Assembly (NCBI GenBank): GCA_964436165.1 | Contig: CAYTBY010000001.1 | Coordinates: 6,777-70,776 of the forward strand | Direction of reading: 5' to 3' | Source of the DNA: an uncultured Candidatus Saccharibacteria bacterium | GTDB lineage: Bacteria > Patescibacteriota > Minisyncoccia > 2-02-FULL-40-12 > GWA2-44-9 | DNA length: 64,000 nucleotides | Part shown: positions 47,057 through 56,823 of the stretch, in pieces | Position numbering within the stretch: the first letter of the stretch is position 1 | Layout: each line of letters opens with the position of its first letter | Made by a program: the position numbers and the translations under genes | Notes under the pieces: model-generated | The model's database searches: none | What the model saw: only the letters and a program-made list of their open reading frames with translations | What the model was told of the DNA's origin: nothing

Positions 47057-48382
47057 GTGATAAATCTAGTATTGAATAGGCTCAATTACTACCGACAGAG
47101 TTTGTTTGTCAGGAATGTGGCGACATTGCAGGTAGGGAGTTTTGGGGGAACATTGGTTCAGGCGGTTTTTGGAATACTTATTGCCCGGCTCTTACAGCCG
47201 GAGCTTTTTGGTGTTTACAGCTTATCTATCGGTCTGGCCGCTTTAGCCGGTTTGCTTTTGGGGGCCGGAATGCAGGATGCGGTGGGGACTTTGGTCGGTT
47301 CGGCTTATGCTAAAAATGACAGAGAAGAACTACAAAATGCCTTGGCTTTTCTTTTAAAAATCACTTTCTATGCCGGAATTTTAACTTTAATTATTTTCTT
47401 TTTTCTTCCGTCGCTGACCGAATATTTTTATAGTAATTCGCTTATCGGCTGGTATGCCGGCATAGTTCTGCTGGCCGTCTTTTTTTCCACTTCTTTCAAC
47501 GCTGTAGTCCAGTTAAGTTTGCAGGTGGCCGGCAAAATTAAAGCCCTGGCTTTACTGGTTTTTGGCGATCAGTTTCTGCGGTCAGGGTTGTCGCTACTTT
47601 TGATATTTGTCGGCCTCGGTGTTTTCGGCGGAGTAAGCGGACAGTTAGTCGGTTCTATAGGTGTATTTATTTTTTCTATTTTAATGTGGCGGAAATTAAG
47701 GAAGGTTTATTCAATCTTTCCATCATTGACGGAGCTTTTTAACCGAACCAAAAGTGTCTCGGTATTTAAATATTTTGGTTTCAGTTTCTGGGTGGCGGTG
47801 GATAGGAATATGGGTAATTTATATATGGCTTTGCCGGTGGTATTAACCGGTATTTATGTCTCGACGGGAGAGGTGTCTTTTTTTAAGCTTGCCTTTGGTT
47901 ATCTTAACATTGCCTTGAGCTTACTCGGCCCCATATCAGTTCTTTTAAACATGGAGTTTCCCAAGATTCAGGTTGAAGATTCCCGTCAGTTGAGGAATAA
48001 CTTTATTAAGATTTCGGTGTTTGGTCTGGTTATTTCCATTGTCCTTACTCTTGCCGCTATTCTTGTATCTCCGTTGGCCTTCAGAATTTTATATGGTGAA
48101 AGTTTTCTGCCCAGCGTCAGCTATGTTTTTGGCCTGGCGGCCTATGGAGCGTTATATGGAATTGGCGTCGGTCTTGGGCCGATGTGGCGGGCGATAAACA
48201 AGGTTAAAGTTTCAATACTTATCAATATCATTATCTTGGGAGGAGGTATTCCGCTCGGCCTTTGGCTCATAAAGCACTACGGTCTTTGGGGTTCAGTTGT
48301 AATGGTGACACTTTGGTTTACTATTTCGCATTTGATATCATTTATTTATCTGATGAAAAAATTAAATAATCGGAATGTATAA
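47057..48382 (+). CDS. Wzx-like polysaccharide flippase (MATE-like)
   Basis: IARLLQPELFGVY, about 12 TM helices, LYGESF, IKHYGLWG. Confidence 0.8.
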   Translation: MINLVLNRLNYYRQSLFVRNVATLQVGSFGGTLVQAVFGILIARLLQPELFGVYSLSIGLAALAGLLLGAGMQDAVGTLVGSAYAKNDREELQNALAFLLKITFYAGILTLIIFFFLPSLTEYFYSNSLIGWYAGIVLLAVFFSTSFNAVVQLSLQVAGKIKALALLVFGDQFLRSGLSLLLIFVGLGVFGGVSGQLVGSIGVFIFSILMWRKLRKVYSIFPSLTELFNRTKSVSVFKYFGFSFWVAVDRNMGNLYMALPVVLTGIYVSTGEVSFFKLAFGYLNIALSLLGPISVLLNMEFPKIQVEDSRQLRNNFIKISVFGLVISIVLTLAAILVSPLAFRILYGESFLPSVSYVFGLAAYGALYGIGVGLGPMWRAINKVKVSILINIIILGGGIPLGLWLIKHYGLWGSVVMVTLWFTISHLISFIYLMKKLNNRNV

Positions 48383-49478
48383 AAAACCAGCCATCATGTT
48401 AGTTATTGTTATCGGATCAGTGCTTATTTACTTTTTGATTGCTACACCCATAATGATGGATGACGGTACTCACTATGAAGGATTTACTGAGTCGTTGGCA
48501 ATGGGTAACTTGGATTTCAAATCTTTTTATGGTTTTCAGGGCCTGTCTATTTTATCGGTGCCGATATTTTGGCTTACTGGTTCGCACATATCAATTATCA
48601 TCACTTCCGCCATTTTGTATTTATTGGCTTTGCCTTTAGCATATTTTATTGGACGTAGTTATTATCAAAGCAATAGGGCTGGGTTTTATTTTGTGGCGTT
48701 GATTTTGCTTATGCCCTACACTTATACGACAATGATGCGAGGATTTCAGGAAGCGGGGCTTTTATTTTTTATTCTTCTTATCATTTACGGGGCAATTAGT
48801 AAAAAAACATGGACGCCTGTCTCATGGGCTGTCGGAGGAATTGTTAAACCTTTCGCCTTGGTCCTGTTCCCTCTTTTTGCCAAAGATTTTTTTGACCGGA
48901 AGAAAATTATCTGGATTATTGTTGCCGGTGCGATCGGCACTGCCTATTTGAGTGCTAGCTATTATCAAACCGGACATTTGATAAATAATGCGGCCATTAA
49001 TTCTTATCAAGGAAACTTTGATACCGGCAATCCTCCGCCCCTGACCGAGAGTTTCACCGTCGGCATAAAAGGATTTTTGAGGGTTGGAGCTAATTTATTT
49101 TTACACTATAGGAAAATTTTAATATCGCCGTTGATTATTATTCTTGGCGGTTTAACTCTGCTCCTAAAAAAAGACCTAAGATTGCGGAAGGAAATAATGT
49201 TGGCTATTTTATTAAATTTTATCTTGGTTGGAAGTTTGACGTTTTCTTTTTCAAAATATCTTTTACCGATGGCAGTTCTGCTGGCCCTGGTTTCGGTTAA
49301 TTATTTGTTAAAATATAAATGGCTGATGCCGTTAGTTCTAGCCGACTCCTTATTTATATTTCTGCCGATATGGGGCTATTTTGGCGTTGATTTTTGGAGT
49401 AATATCTACCTATATCTAGCCCCATATTATTTAGCTGTCTTTATCTATATTAGGACTTACGCGTTTGCCCAAGATTAA
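48375..49478 (+). CDS. Polytopic membrane protein, probable GT-C glycosyltransferase
   Basis: MMDDGTHY loop after TM1, KP motif, KYLLP; the last codons are encoded by repeat copy 3. Confidence 0.6.
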   Translation: MYKKPAIMLVIVIGSVLIYFLIATPIMMDDGTHYEGFTESLAMGNLDFKSFYGFQGLSILSVPIFWLTGSHISIIITSAILYLLALPLAYFIGRSYYQSNRAGFYFVALILLMPYTYTTMMRGFQEAGLLFFILLIIYGAISKKTWTPVSWAVGGIVKPFALVLFPLFAKDFFDRKKIIWIIVAGAIGTAYLSASYYQTGHLINNAAINSYQGNFDTGNPPPLTESFTVGIKGFLRVGANLFLHYRKILISPLIIILGGLTLLLKKDLRLRKEIMLAILLNFILVGSLTFSFSKYLLPMAVLLALVSVNYLLKYKWLMPLVLADSLFIFLPIWGYFGVDFWSNIYLYLAPYYLAVFIYIRTYAFAQD

Positions 49479-49629
49479 GGCAAAATGCTTAAGTTTTTAT
49501 GAGACGTACTAGGAGTACGGCGAGTAAAAACTTAAGCATTTTAACGAAAAGATTGGGCAAACCCTTGCGGCTTGAGCTACGCTAAGCCCTATAGATTTTG
49601 GGCTTCGTAGCTCAAGCGCGTAAGTCCTA
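49451..49629 (+). mobile_element. Structured MITE-like repeat, copy 3
   Basis: TAGGACTTACGCG...CGCGTAAGTCCTA; contains the TAA stop of the upstream CDS. Confidence 0.85.
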
Positions 49630-49636
49630 TATATTT

Positions 49637-50335
49637 ATGCAACGAGAATCAGTCGTTTTAATCCCAACTCTTAACGAGAGGAAAAATCTGGAAAAACTTA
49701 TTCCGGCGATATTTAGTTCTATGCCGGAAATTTCGGTTTTAGTCATGGACGATAATTCTGGCGATGGGACGGCCCAGTTTCTGAATTCTATTCAAGCCAG
49801 ATTTCCCAATCTATTTTTTTTAAATCGGGATAAGGATTTTGGCTACGGCAAGGCCTGTCTGGATGGTTTCAGGTGGGCGTTGGGAGGGGGATATAAACAC
49901 ATTGTGACAATGGACGCTGATTTTTCTCATGACTTTAAAAGCATTCCCGGTTTTCTTAATAAACTTGAGAATAATGATGTTGTCATCGGTTCGCGTTATA
50001 TAGCCGGAGGGAAGATAGAAAATTGGGGACTTCATCGTAGAATTTTAAGTAAAGCCGCCAATTTCTATGTCCGGACGATTTTGAATCTGAAAATTAAGGA
50101 CTTGACGACTGGTTTCAACGCTTACCGCCGAGAAATTCTGTCCAAGATAAATTTTGATGATATTAAATCCGACGGTTATGCTTTTTTGGTCGAGCTGAAA
50201 TACAAATTGTTCAAATCGGGTGCTAAAATTACTGAATATCCGATTACGTTTTACGAAAGACGGGAGGGCGAATCAAAAATGACCGGCAAAGTAATTTTAG
50301 AATCAATTAAAATGCCTTGGCGGTTGAGGTTTTAA
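49637..50335 (+). CDS. Polyprenol-phosphate mannose synthase-like GT2 (DPM1-like)
   Basis: IPTLNE, DDNSGDGT, MDADFSH, IGSRY, D.TTGF.AYR, F.ERREGESK. Confidence 0.88.
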   Translation: MQRESVVLIPTLNERKNLEKLIPAIFSSMPEISVLVMDDNSGDGTAQFLNSIQARFPNLFFLNRDKDFGYGKACLDGFRWALGGGYKHIVTMDADFSHDFKSIPGFLNKLENNDVVIGSRYIAGGKIENWGLHRRILSKAANFYVRTILNLKIKDLTTGFNAYRREILSKINFDDIKSDGYAFLVELKYKLFKSGAKITEYPITFYERREGESKMTGKVILESIKMPWRLRF

Positions 50336-50358
50336 AATATAAGTTTTATTATTGATCT

Positions 50359-52593
50359 ATGCGGGAATCCCTATTAGCCAAAATAATTACGTATCTTATT
50401 TACGCGGTTGCTTTTGTGCCGTTGATCATTTTTTCTGACTTTGTTTCGCCGTTTCATTTCGGCAAGGTTATTGTCTTTCGGAGTCTAGTCTATATTCTCA
50501 CAGCCTCTTATCTGTTGCTTATATTGAAGGACCGGTCATATCTTCCGAAAATGACAAAGGTAAGCTGGGCTTTTTTCTTTTTTGCGGCCGCTTTTTCAAT
50601 AACTACTTTTGCCAGCGTTCTGCCTTATGCAAGTTTTTGGGGAACGCTTGAAAGAATGGGCGGTCTTTTCACCTTCTGGCATTATTTCATTTATTTTATA
50701 ATTTTAACCGCCGTCTTTAAAACTGAAAAAAAATGGATGAGTTTATTCAACCTCGTAATTTTTATCGGCGTTCTCTCGGCCATTTACGGATTTGGCCAAA
50801 GAACGAATATAGAATTTTTTGTCGGTTCTGGCGGGCGCTCCAGAATATTCGGTACTATCGGCAACCCGGCCTTATTTGCCGGTTACCAGATTTTAGTTTC
50901 CTTTCTGTCGATGATGCTTGTTTTTCGTTCCGGCATCGGCCGTAATTTACGGCTTTTTTACGCCGGTTCCGGTTTGATTACGATGATTGCCGCTCTCATA
51001 ACTGCCGTCAGGGGATCAATTCTCGGCATTGGTATCGGACTGCTCGCTTTTGTACTTTTATATTCTGCGGCTTATAGGTCTAAAAAGGCAAAAAAAGCTT
51101 TCTTATTTATGATTGCTTTTTTGTTTTTATTTGTGGCCTCGGCTTTAATATTTAAGGACTCTTCTTTCGTAAAAAGGTCAGGTTATTTGAGCCGTATTAC
51201 CGATTTTTCTTTGACATCATTTACGGTACAAACCCGATTCTGGGCTTGGGAGGCTGGATTTAAGGGCTGGAAAGAAACGTCTAAAACAGTGCTTTTGGGT
51301 TGGGGGCCGGAGAACTTCAATATACCTTTTTCGAGACATTTTAACCCTAAGTTTTATGCCGGACCCGGCGCCGAAACACTTTTTGACCGGGCTCATAATA
51401 TGTTCGTTGAAATTACGGTAACGATGGGCCTTTTGGGACTGTTAGCGTATTTATGGGTATTCGGCGCGAGTTTAAAAGTTTTGTGGAGAAAAATACACAA
51501 TAAGGACACGATGCTTTACGGGATCGGTTTGATTCCTCTTTTAATTGCTTACGCTATTCATAATTCATTTATATTTGATACTTCGGCTAACTTTCTGACC
51601 TTTTTTACTATTTTAGGTTTTATATCTTTTCTGGCCTTGCCAAGACAGGCAGAAGAAAAGAGGGTTGTTCGCCGGCCCGAAGTTAATGACCTTGCGGTGG
51701 CTTTATCTGTTGTCGTCCTTTTTATTGCTGTTTTAGCGGCGATATATTTTATAAACGTTAAGCCGTCACAAGCTAATTATGCGACGACGCGGGCGATTGT
51801 CGCCGGTTGGGGAGGGGACTTTGACGGGGCGGTTGCAAAATACAAAGAAGCTATTTCTTATGATGTTCCCGGCAAGTACGAATACCGCCACAGATTCGGC
51901 CAGTATATACTCGAGAAGACCAGTTCCGGCAAATTAACCGATAAACAAAAAGAGATAATCTTATTTACTATCGGCGAGATTCAAAAAAACGTTGATGAAA
52001 ATAAAGTTGATTATCTGCCCTATCTTTACATAGCTCGGCTTTATATAATTCTTGGCAAAAATGATCCGGATTCGGAGTATAATAACCGGTCTCTAGATTA
52101 TTCTTTAAAGGCCTTGGAAATTGCGCCTACGTTTGTCCGAAGTTACTTTGAGGTAGCTCAGGCCTATTTGAATAAAAATGATCTCGATAAAGGGGCCGAA
52201 TACTTTAGAAAAGCGGCCGAACTCAATCCTGATGCCCGCATTTCCCGCTGGTATTGGGGGATAATCGAAGTAGAAAGGGGAAATGTCAATCTCGGCCTTG
52301 AAGTAATCGAGGGCGTTCTTAAGACTGGATATATTCTTTCAGAAGGTGATCTTAACCGGGTCTTGAATGTTTATGTAGCTAGGGGCGATCTGGCTAAGGT
52401 TACCTGGATATCCGAATTGTTAGTTGAGGTCAATCCGACCAAGGCCCAATACCGGGCCTCCCTTGCTTTTGCTTACGCCCGAATCGGAAAAATAGACGAG
52501 GCGGTTAAACAAGCCCATGAAGCGGTCAAAATTGATCCAGCGTTTGAATCCGAAGCCCGCTCCTTCGTCGAATCTCTCGGTAGAGAATGGTAG
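50359..52593 (+). CDS. O-antigen ligase/Wzy_C-like membrane protein with C-terminal TPR repeats
   Basis: GTIGNP, TAVRG, GWGPENF, FDRAHN; TPR-like AAELNP and AVKIDP. Confidence 0.8.
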   Translation: MRESLLAKIITYLIYAVAFVPLIIFSDFVSPFHFGKVIVFRSLVYILTASYLLLILKDRSYLPKMTKVSWAFFFFAAAFSITTFASVLPYASFWGTLERMGGLFTFWHYFIYFIILTAVFKTEKKWMSLFNLVIFIGVLSAIYGFGQRTNIEFFVGSGGRSRIFGTIGNPALFAGYQILVSFLSMMLVFRSGIGRNLRLFYAGSGLITMIAALITAVRGSILGIGIGLLAFVLLYSAAYRSKKAKKAFLFMIAFLFLFVASALIFKDSSFVKRSGYLSRITDFSLTSFTVQTRFWAWEAGFKGWKETSKTVLLGWGPENFNIPFSRHFNPKFYAGPGAETLFDRAHNMFVEITVTMGLLGLLAYLWVFGASLKVLWRKIHNKDTMLYGIGLIPLLIAYAIHNSFIFDTSANFLTFFTILGFISFLALPRQAEEKRVVRRPEVNDLAVALSVVVLFIAVLAAIYFINVKPSQANYATTRAIVAGWGGDFDGAVAKYKEAISYDVPGKYEYRHRFGQYILEKTSSGKLTDKQKEIILFTIGEIQKNVDENKVDYLPYLYIARLYIILGKNDPDSEYNNRSLDYSLKALEIAPTFVRSYFEVAQAYLNKNDLDKGAEYFRKAAELNPDARISRWYWGIIEVERGNVNLGLEVIEGVLKTGYILSEGDLNRVLNVYVARGDLAKVTWISELLVEVNPTKAQYRASLAFAYARIGKIDEAVKQAHEAVKIDPAFESEARSFVESLGREW

Positions 52594-52597
52594 AATT

Positions 52598-52806
52598 TAT
52601 TTCCCGCTCTCGCCATTCCTATTTCTCATCCGGTTCGCCGCATCAATAAATTACTACGATATTTACTCATTTTCTTGAATAAAAATCGGCTCCCTTCGTA
52701 AGACTACATCCCAATTTTGTATTCAATAAGAAAATATCGTAAATATCTTGAATTTGTATTGAAGCGGCTCAAAGGATTCGAAATAGAAATGGCTATGCTG
52801 GAAATA
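52598..52806. repeat. ~210-bp imperfect long hairpin
   Basis: Successive pairings gccattcctatttc/gaaatagaaatggc, gccgc/gcggc, tcaata/tattga, gatatttac/gtaaatatc, attttctt/aagaaaat, gaata/tattc. Confidence 0.75.
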
Positions 52807-52897
52807 CTGCATTTCCAGAGTTGACATATAACTTGAGCCGTGCTATCATAGAACACGGTTAAAGATGGTTTTCAGTTACTTCACAAGGAGAAGAAGA

Positions 52898-53242
52898 ATG
52901 AAGACGACACGGATCATTGTCATACTGATTCTTGGACTATGTGTCCCAGCCCTGTCGGGCTGTAACAATCAGAAAATCTGTTCAAATGGTTTCTATGAAA
53001 TCAATGGTAAAGTTGTTAAAAAGGGCATAGCTGCGGAAAATAACCCAACTGGAATGACGGCGGGAACTTTCTGGGCTCGGGTGGGTGATGGCTATATTCG
53101 CTTCAAGGAAAGAAATACTTGGGAATCCACAGAAATCAACAAGTCATTTGTCGTAAAATTTGACTGTAGTGGCTGGGTAATCTCCATTATCCCCAGTATA
53201 GTCAACAAGGACTTCGTTGTTGTTGGGGATACTCTAAAATAG
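52898..53242 (+). CDS. Putative lipoprotein
   Basis: MKTTRIIVILILGLCVPALSG-C lipobox-like signal; AGGAG SD; TTGACA-17-TATCAT promoter. Confidence 0.6.
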   Translation: MKTTRIIVILILGLCVPALSGCNNQKICSNGFYEINGKVVKKGIAAENNPTGMTAGTFWARVGDGYIRFKERNTWESTEINKSFVVKFDCSGWVISIIPSIVNKDFVVVGDTLK

Positions 53243-53257
53243 CATCCATTCCTTTAC

Positions 53258-53283
53258 AGAGCTCGTACTTGCGAGCTCTTTTT
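53258..53283 (+). terminator. Rho-independent terminator
   Basis: agagctcg-tacttg-cgagctct-tttt. Confidence 0.7.
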
Positions 53284-53344
53284 ATTACCTTTTAGGAGCG
53301 TGCTTTAGCCGCTTCTGGAATCGCCTCAGCGGGCAGGGTTAAAC

Positions 53345-53377
53345 AATTATGTTAAACATCGGATGTTTAACATAATT
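53345..53377. repeat. 33-bp palindrome with perfect 16-bp arms
   Basis: aattatgttaaacatc-g-gatgtttaacataatt. Confidence 0.8.
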
Positions 53378-53472
53378 ACTTAGAGCGAAGGAGCGGCGCA
53401 GTGAGAGCTCTCGCTGGGAGCTCGAACGGTAGCGAGAGGATATTCATATTTGCTGTAAATTCCATGGATAAC

Positions 53473-54867
53473 CTACCATCCAAACAACTTGCCAATCTCC
53501 TCTGGAGTTTCGCGTTTACGTGCGATTTTTATTTCGCCGTTTGAGGCGACTAATTTAGCCGGACTTGATAAGAGGCAATGATGGGAAGCAAAAGAATCCT
53601 GATAAGCGCCGGTATCAGTGAAAGCGACATAAAGTTCGTCCACGTCTTCAAGGCGGGGGAGAAGGACATGTCTTCCGCTCGAAGTATATCGGTCATCGCT
53701 GTCACAGCTTGAACCGGCCAGCCAGACTTTTTGGAGTTTTTTAGAATTAAGATTATTGATCGGAATTATATTCCATTTTTGACGGCGGACAGACCAGGTA
53801 TCAGCTAAGTCATTAATAAAACTTCCATCAACAAAATACCATCTGATGTCGGTCTTATTGGTAATCGACTTTTCAGCCAGTACTTTATAAATAGTTATTT
53901 GAGCCGGACCGACAACATAGCTTCCCCATTCGCTTATTATGTTGGGATGTTTTACGCCCAATTTATCGCACTCATTCTTAGCCCCCTTTACAAGTTGGTT
54001 GATTAAATTTTTCAGGGAATAGAGTTTTTTTCTTTTTTCAAAAGGTATTCCGACTCCGCCGCCGATATCGATCGTATCAAGACCAGGATTCTTTTCTCTT
54101 AAAGTTTTATAAATGCCGATGGCTCGTTTTAATGGTTTAACGAAATCCTCAATTTTTTCTATTTGGCAGGAAAGATGGTAGTGGAGGATCGAGAGATTGC
54201 GTATTTTGCCCAGCTTAAGCAGTTCTTCCTCTGAAAAACCAAAGTGATTATACTTTTTGTCAAAGTGGGCGTTTATTTTAACGGCCAGATCAACCCGGAT
54301 GCCTATCTCGCCTCTGAATTTTTTCAGCCGGTCTAATTCTGCCTGATTTTCAATTACCGGAATGACTATCAGCCCCTTATTTTTTAACTCTTCAATGAGG
54401 GCAATGTATTTTTCTGTTTTCGGGCCATTGCAGGTAACCCGTATCTTTCGGTTGAATTTCTCTTCCTCAATCATCCGCTTTACCAGATACAGCTCATTAA
54501 CACTTGAGACTTCTATATTTGCCCCTTCAGCGATAGCCGGCAGAACAAATTCCTTATTTTGATTGACCTTCATTACATAATGGTAGAAAAATTTGCCCTT
54601 GTAGTTCAGGATTTTAATATAGGCGTTAAAAGTATCAATCAGGTCGCGGACTCTGTTCTCGATTATAGTTGGAAAAAGAATCTCAGTACTTGTTCCGTAC
54701 TTTTTAATGACGTCATAAATATTGTATTGGAAGTTTCCTTCTCTGACGATCAGCTCGCCGTCGGGGCTGATGTCGAAGTTCTGGGTGTTTAATTCTTCAA
54801 AACCAAATTTCCAGAACTTCTTGAACCCATTTTTCTTTTTTCGCTTCCGGCCTTTTCGTTTATCCAT
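53473..54867 (-). CDS. Group IV PLP decarboxylase, arginine decarboxylase-like
   Basis: YVMKVNQ (PLP Lys), IDIGGG, SCDSD, TGAYQD, HCL. Confidence 0.75.
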   Translation of the reverse strand: MDKRKGRKRKKKNGFKKFWKFGFEELNTQNFDISPDGELIVREGNFQYNIYDVIKKYGTSTEILFPTIIENRVRDLIDTFNAYIKILNYKGKFFYHYVMKVNQNKEFVLPAIAEGANIEVSSVNELYLVKRMIEEEKFNRKIRVTCNGPKTEKYIALIEELKNKGLIVIPVIENQAELDRLKKFRGEIGIRVDLAVKINAHFDKKYNHFGFSEEELLKLGKIRNLSILHYHLSCQIEKIEDFVKPLKRAIGIYKTLREKNPGLDTIDIGGGVGIPFEKRKKLYSLKNLINQLVKGAKNECDKLGVKHPNIISEWGSYVVGPAQITIYKVLAEKSITNKTDIRWYFVDGSFINDLADTWSVRRQKWNIIPINNLNSKKLQKVWLAGSSCDSDDRYTSSGRHVLLPRLEDVDELYVAFTDTGAYQDSFASHHCLLSSPAKLVASNGEIKIARKRETPEEIGKLFGW

Positions 54868-54941
54868 TTATTACTTTTATTATATACTAAAACAAAACTT
54901 TGCAAAACAAAAATCCCGCATTAGGTCGGGATTTTATCATC

Positions 54942-55613
54942 TCATCTGGAGATATTTATTTTAGGATTGTATTTGCCAATCTTTTTGCTTAAGTTTCGTA
55001 TTCGATTAGCCATTGAGTCCAGTCGCCTATCTTCCCATGCCTCCGCTACTAACCGCACAAGTATTCCCAATAATACAACTAATAACACGATTGAACCGGT
55101 TGTCACTAATGTCCAAAATAAGTATTTGTATAAGAGCCATGTGTATAGCACTATACCCACGGGTATAATCGGCACAATCGATATACGGTCAGCGATTGTC
55201 GGAAGATATATTTGTTTAGGGTTTATAAATAAAGGATTTTCGCCTTCACTCATGACATCAAAACTAGGAATAGGATAATATCCAAATAGCAGCATAAATG
55301 GCGCGTATAAGATGATTTTCACTGTTTCCCACAAAATTAGAATCGGCCAGCCCAGTAGAAGCATGAAGAATATCTTTGTCCAATATGAAAAGAAGTTTTG
55401 GGCCAGATTGCCGTAATCCGGACTGCGACTAAACTTTTTAAATGGATAAGCGACTCTTCCATGCCAAGAGCTAATCCTGATTACGGGTTTTCCCGTTATC
55501 GGATCTTTTAAAAGAGTGCTTATAAAAATAAAGAATAAAGCGCCCAAAAATATATAAGCGCCGATATTTATAAGCAGAAGAATTTTTATTGTCTCCAATA
55601 TTGTCTCAAACAT
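54942..55613 (-). CDS. Hypothetical membrane protein
   Basis: Several TM segments, GAGGAG SD; last gene downstream of the MoxR/VWA run. Confidence 0.6.
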   Translation of the reverse strand: MFETILETIKILLLINIGAYIFLGALFFIFISTLLKDPITGKPVIRISSWHGRVAYPFKKFSRSPDYGNLAQNFFSYWTKIFFMLLLGWPILILWETVKIILYAPFMLLFGYYPIPSFDVMSEGENPLFINPKQIYLPTIADRISIVPIIPVGIVLYTWLLYKYLFWTLVTTGSIVLLVVLLGILVRLVAEAWEDRRLDSMANRIRNLSKKIGKYNPKINISR

Positions 55614-55625
55614 TCGTTTTCTCCT

Positions 55626-56156
55626 CTATTCCGACAATTTATCTGCGACAATAAAAGGCACTAATGGTTTGAAAGATTTCTTAACGGCATCCGACATTCT
55701 TAGACATTCATCTTTCTCCAGCTTTTTTTTCTTTACAACCTTATCTACTGCCTTCGTTAACTTTTTAAATGCCGGCTTTAAGAGCTGGCTGAAAACTATA
55801 AAGCAAGACATAGCAGAATTGGTGTTTTGAGAACTGAATTGGATCATATTTTGAAGATCAAGAGGGTGCCGGCAAGTTACATCTATCGTCCCGCCTCGCG
55901 CTATATCCATTTCTATAACAACGATTCTTTTTCTGATTCTGACTATTTTCGAATTAATGTCTTTCTCCGGCCACCATATTCTTCTTAGGCCTAAACTAAA
56001 ACCTACACTTTGGCCAGTATCAGGCCAGTAGGGCAATTTAAATTGAGGAATATCAAAAGCAGACAACTGTACAGTTTCTTCTGTCAGCTCCGGCCCCAGG
56101 GCACTAAAGTTATCAATGAATTTTCTTAGTTCAACCGCCGCTTCTTTGTTTGTCAT
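55626..56156 (-). CDS. Hypothetical protein, MoxR-flanking family
   Basis: DIPQFKLPYWP ... AVKKSFKPLVPFIVADKLSE. Confidence 0.65.
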   Translation of the reverse strand: MTNKEAAVELRKFIDNFSALGPELTEETVQLSAFDIPQFKLPYWPDTGQSVGFSLGLRRIWWPEKDINSKIVRIRKRIVVIEMDIARGGTIDVTCRHPLDLQNMIQFSSQNTNSAMSCFIVFSQLLKPAFKKLTKAVDKVVKKKKLEKDECLRMSDAVKKSFKPLVPFIVADKLSE

Positions 56157-56235
56157 AAGGACCACTGTTTTTAAAAAAACTTACCAGTATTATACGTATT
56201 TTAAATAAAAAAGCAAACTCTGCGAGTTTGCTTGG

Positions 56236-56823
56236 TCATTTCGCCATCTTATCGGCGACAATGAATGGAATCAACGGTTCAAAGGATCGCTTGACCGCTT
56301 CGACAAGGGCTTGGCTGTTTTTGATCTTATCTTTCAGGTTTTTTGTATCTTGGTTTAGCAGTTTAATTATCTCATTATATATTTCTTTAAGGAATTGATG
56401 AAACACGACAAAACATCTTAATCTTTCAAGGGCATCGAATGCATTAGAATATGCGCCGTAACTTTCTTCTAGTTCGTCATGGAAGGGATATTTTTTATGA
56501 TTCCAGAGAGCTACACGCACTACTCCAGAGGGGCTTATCCGGAAAGTTAGAGCCTCGACTTTTTTTTGACTCAATACAATCATGTTTTTTATGGACGGCT
56601 CTGTTCTAAGAGTTGAGTTAAGTTCTGGAAATTCTATTGTTCGTTTACCGAGATCTATATTTAAATCATTCATATCTTTTGGCCAATTAGGTAGACGGAA
56701 TTGGGGAACATCATCTATTTTCTCCATATTTTCTATATACGTTCGCAGTTTCTTTATCTCTGGTTCATATGTATTTAAGAAGAAATCAATTAGTGATTGA
56801 AGTATCGCCGTGTCATTCATCAT
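56236..56823 (-). CDS. Hypothetical protein, MoxR-flanking family
   Basis: DVPQFRLPNWP ... AVKRSFEPLIPFIVADKMAK; ATGA-coupled to the VWA gene. Confidence 0.7.
   Translation of the reverse strand: MMNDTAILQSLIDFFLNTYEPEIKKLRTYIENMEKIDDVPQFRLPNWPKDMNDLNIDLGKRTIEFPELNSTLRTEPSIKNMIVLSQKKVEALTFRISPSGVVRVALWNHKKYPFHDELEESYGAYSNAFDALERLRCFVVFHQFLKEIYNEIIKLLNQDTKNLKDKIKNSQALVEAVKRSFEPLIPFIVADKMAK

Noticed and set aside
49598-49636. TTG start for the DPM1-like gene
   Set aside because: It lies inside repeat copy 3; ATG 49637 gives the normal GT2 N-terminus.
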